Assembly (NCBI GenBank): GCA_977020255.1
Contig: CDROCS010001143.1
Location: 1 to 64,000 of the forward strand
Direction: 5' to 3'
Origin: Obrimoposthia wandeli
Lineage: Eukaryota
Length of the DNA: 64,000 nucleotides
The notes under the pieces were generated by a model. That model made no database searches. It saw only the letters and a program-made list of their open reading frames with translations, and had not been told where the DNA came from. The stretch's first letter is position 1; the number at the start of each line of letters is the position of its first letter. Shown piece by piece: positions 62,239 through 64,000 of this stretch. The translations under genes were made by a program, and so were the position numbers.

Positions 62239-63567
62239 ATGGAATTGATCGGGAATATTGGACTTGAGAGTTTGATGGATCGTGCAAATATTGCATTCCT
62301 AAGTGGCTACCGTTTTAAGGGGCCAGTCAAGCCTGATCTTTTGGAAAGTAGCTATCATTCTATTTTTTCTCTGGTGAAAAAATACCAGTATAAAATTAAT
62401 GTTAAATCTCAAAATTCTTATTCTTGGTCTCAAGCTGGAGAGTATAAATCAAAGTTTTTGAAATTCTCGGTTGACGATATTGATCAAGCGTTTGCTGACG
62501 TTAGCCAAAATTCTTTTAAATATATGGATGCAAGTAACAGCTGCCCCTCAATATTTGTTCTTATATTACCTTCCCAAAGAAGTACCAGTGACGAGTTTAT
62601 TATAGGTGTTTTAAACGAACACACTTGGGGTGATGCACGCAGTTCGGAGCATATTTTTAATAATATCATCAAGCATTATAATGCGCAGTGTGATGGAAAC
62701 GCCGCAGAAATGAAAGTCATCGAAAGTGAAGTTTCAATCCTTCAAACTGTTCCTGCTGAAACAATGATTAAAGAGCGCTTTAGGGGAACTGATGCCTGCA
62801 ATCAAACCAATATCACCAAGCTAATGTCTTACGAAGTTGAAGATGCAGGCGGGCATGGTATAGCGATGGCCGAACTTAATGAATTATTGGCTTCTTATGA
62901 CCCCGCAAACTTTACACCAACCATTAAATATTATGATATAGATAAGGTATTGGCAGAATGCCGTAAAACCCATCCGCAAATAAGTCGTAATAGCATCGCT
63001 TGTGCTGCTCTCGTTAAAGCATTTCACGCCGTTAATGTGCGCGATCGAAATGTTGCGAATGAGCATAAAATCAGTTTTAAAATGTTGTCTGATCTTCTGC
63101 CTAAAGATATGCGACAGAAATACACTGGTAATTATATTGCGTTTGTGCCGGTTTCGGCTGAAGGAGGCCATCCCCTTGCAGATGTTGCCAAGGACATCAA
63201 TGATCGTATTGTTGAGTTTAAAACAACGCTTGCGGATGTCTCAATGTTCAAAATTGTTGAAGATTTAGTGAAACAGGAAGCCCTTGGAGAGGCGGATGAG
63301 CCCTTTTCATTCATCGTAACAAATTGGGATAACTATACTTTTCTCAAATCTGAAAAATTTCTTCACAACTGCACTTCATTAAGACACCAAACGGCTGTCA
63401 ATGTACGGCCCAAGGATGTATTGGGCGCTTCTCTTATTAATCGTCCTGTGATTGTCATAAGCTTTTCTCCGAATAACACATTATGTGTTTCATTTTTCTC
63501 GTCCCTGAGATCTAATGAAGAAAGTGAAAAAATCGCAGGCGAATTCGAAAAAATAATAACTCTATAA
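62239..63567 (+). CDS. Stand-alone condensation/CoA-dependent acyltransferase-fold protein (PapA5/C-domain-like)
   Basis: 442 aa; HxxxD motif EHTWGDARS at about residue 128; YRFKGPVKPDLLE and GNYIAFVP segments fit the fold. Confidence 0.5.
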   Translation: MELIGNIGLESLMDRANIAFLSGYRFKGPVKPDLLESSYHSIFSLVKKYQYKINVKSQNSYSWSQAGEYKSKFLKFSVDDIDQAFADVSQNSFKYMDASNSCPSIFVLILPSQRSTSDEFIIGVLNEHTWGDARSSEHIFNNIIKHYNAQCDGNAAEMKVIESEVSILQTVPAETMIKERFRGTDACNQTNITKLMSYEVEDAGGHGIAMAELNELLASYDPANFTPTIKYYDIDKVLAECRKTHPQISRNSIACAALVKAFHAVNVRDRNVANEHKISFKMLSDLLPKDMRQKYTGNYIAFVPVSAEGGHPLADVAKDINDRIVEFKTTLADVSMFKIVEDLVKQEALGEADEPFSFIVTNWDNYTFLKSEKFLHNCTSLRHQTAVNVRPKDVLGASLINRPVIVISFSPNNTLCVSFFSSLRSNEESEKIAGEFEKIITL

Positions 63568-63588
63568 CAAGGGCTGGGGTGTAAGGTT

Positions 63589-64000
63589 TTGGTTTGTCAG
63601 GGATATACAATTATAGCAACTCTTTTCATCGGAGAGTTTCACACTGTTTACAGGGCTAACAGAGATCAAGATGATATAACTGTGATCCTAAAATGTACCC
63701 CTATGACGGCGATCAGGGCTGAAGCTGTTGCTTCTGCCCATCGTGAATTTGAACTGATTAATAAACTTGATCAAGTCTCCGGGGTTATTCATGCGTATGA
63801 TTTGATAGAAAGCGCTCAAAACTTAATTTTGGTCCTAGAGGATATAAAAGGAGCTAGCCTTAAATCTTATGCAGATGGCAAACCTATGTCTGTCGATAGC
63901 GTACTTAATATAGCAATTCAGCTTGCGACGACTGTTTCTGAACTACATCAGCATTCCATCATACATAAAGATATCAACCCTTCGAATGTTATCTATTGCC
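63589..64000 (+). CDS. Ser/Thr protein kinase domain, N-terminal part (runs off the window)
   Basis: Manual translation from TTG: LVCQGYTII...TVYRA...VILKC...HREFELI...LVLEDIKG...LHQHSIIHKDINPSNVI; not in the ORF track. Confidence 0.85.
   Translation, partial: MVCQGYTIIATLFIGEFHTVYRANRDQDDITVILKCTPMTAIRAEAVASAHREFELINKLDQVSGVIHAYDLIESAQNLILVLEDIKGASLKSYADGKPMSVDSVLNIAIQLATTVSELHQHSIIHKDINPSNVIYC

Noticed and set aside
2451-63314. Many 60-170 aa ORFs antisense to or overlapping well-supported genes
   Set aside because: Shadow ORFs with no recognisable motifs.
1-64000. CRISPR arrays, rRNA, riboswitches and anti-phage defence genes
   Set aside because: No regularly spaced repeats, rRNA signatures, convincing aptamer cores or defence domains seen by eye; an Rfam/Infernal scan would be needed to exclude riboswitches.

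Overview
AT-rich chromosomal window, probably from a marine gammaproteobacterium (judged from gene content, not measured), devoted almost entirely to amino-acid scavenging and catabolism and interrupted by IS elements and their remnants. In order: an intact IS5-family element and a 191-bp MITE; a methionine catabolism module (Lrp regulator, methionine gamma-lyase, AceE/MdeB-type E1 and its own E2); a stretch of IS6, IS200, IS5 and LysR remnants; an ArgP-type regulator with a polar amino-acid ABC operon that encloses a DauB-like imine reductase and an ACC-deaminase-like PLP enzyme; an IS1595; soxBDAG divergent from a TRAP transporter and GlxA-type regulator; a cytoplasmic BisC/DMSO-reductase-type Mo enzyme, purU and TetR; a DHDPS-family/aldehyde dehydrogenase/FAD oxidoreductase trio; a cis-3-hydroxyproline dehydratase-like enolase and Pyr2C reductase-like gene behind a second, paralogous TRAP and AzlCD; aapJQMP flanked by a response regulator on one side and an AapJ paralog plus hybrid kinase on the other; umuDC with an SOS box; and a stand-alone condensation-fold protein followed by a Ser/Thr kinase that runs off the window. 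The strongest candidate for an undescribed system is the ABC/DauB-like/ACC-deaminase-like operon. No rRNA, intact tRNA or CRISPR array was seen.
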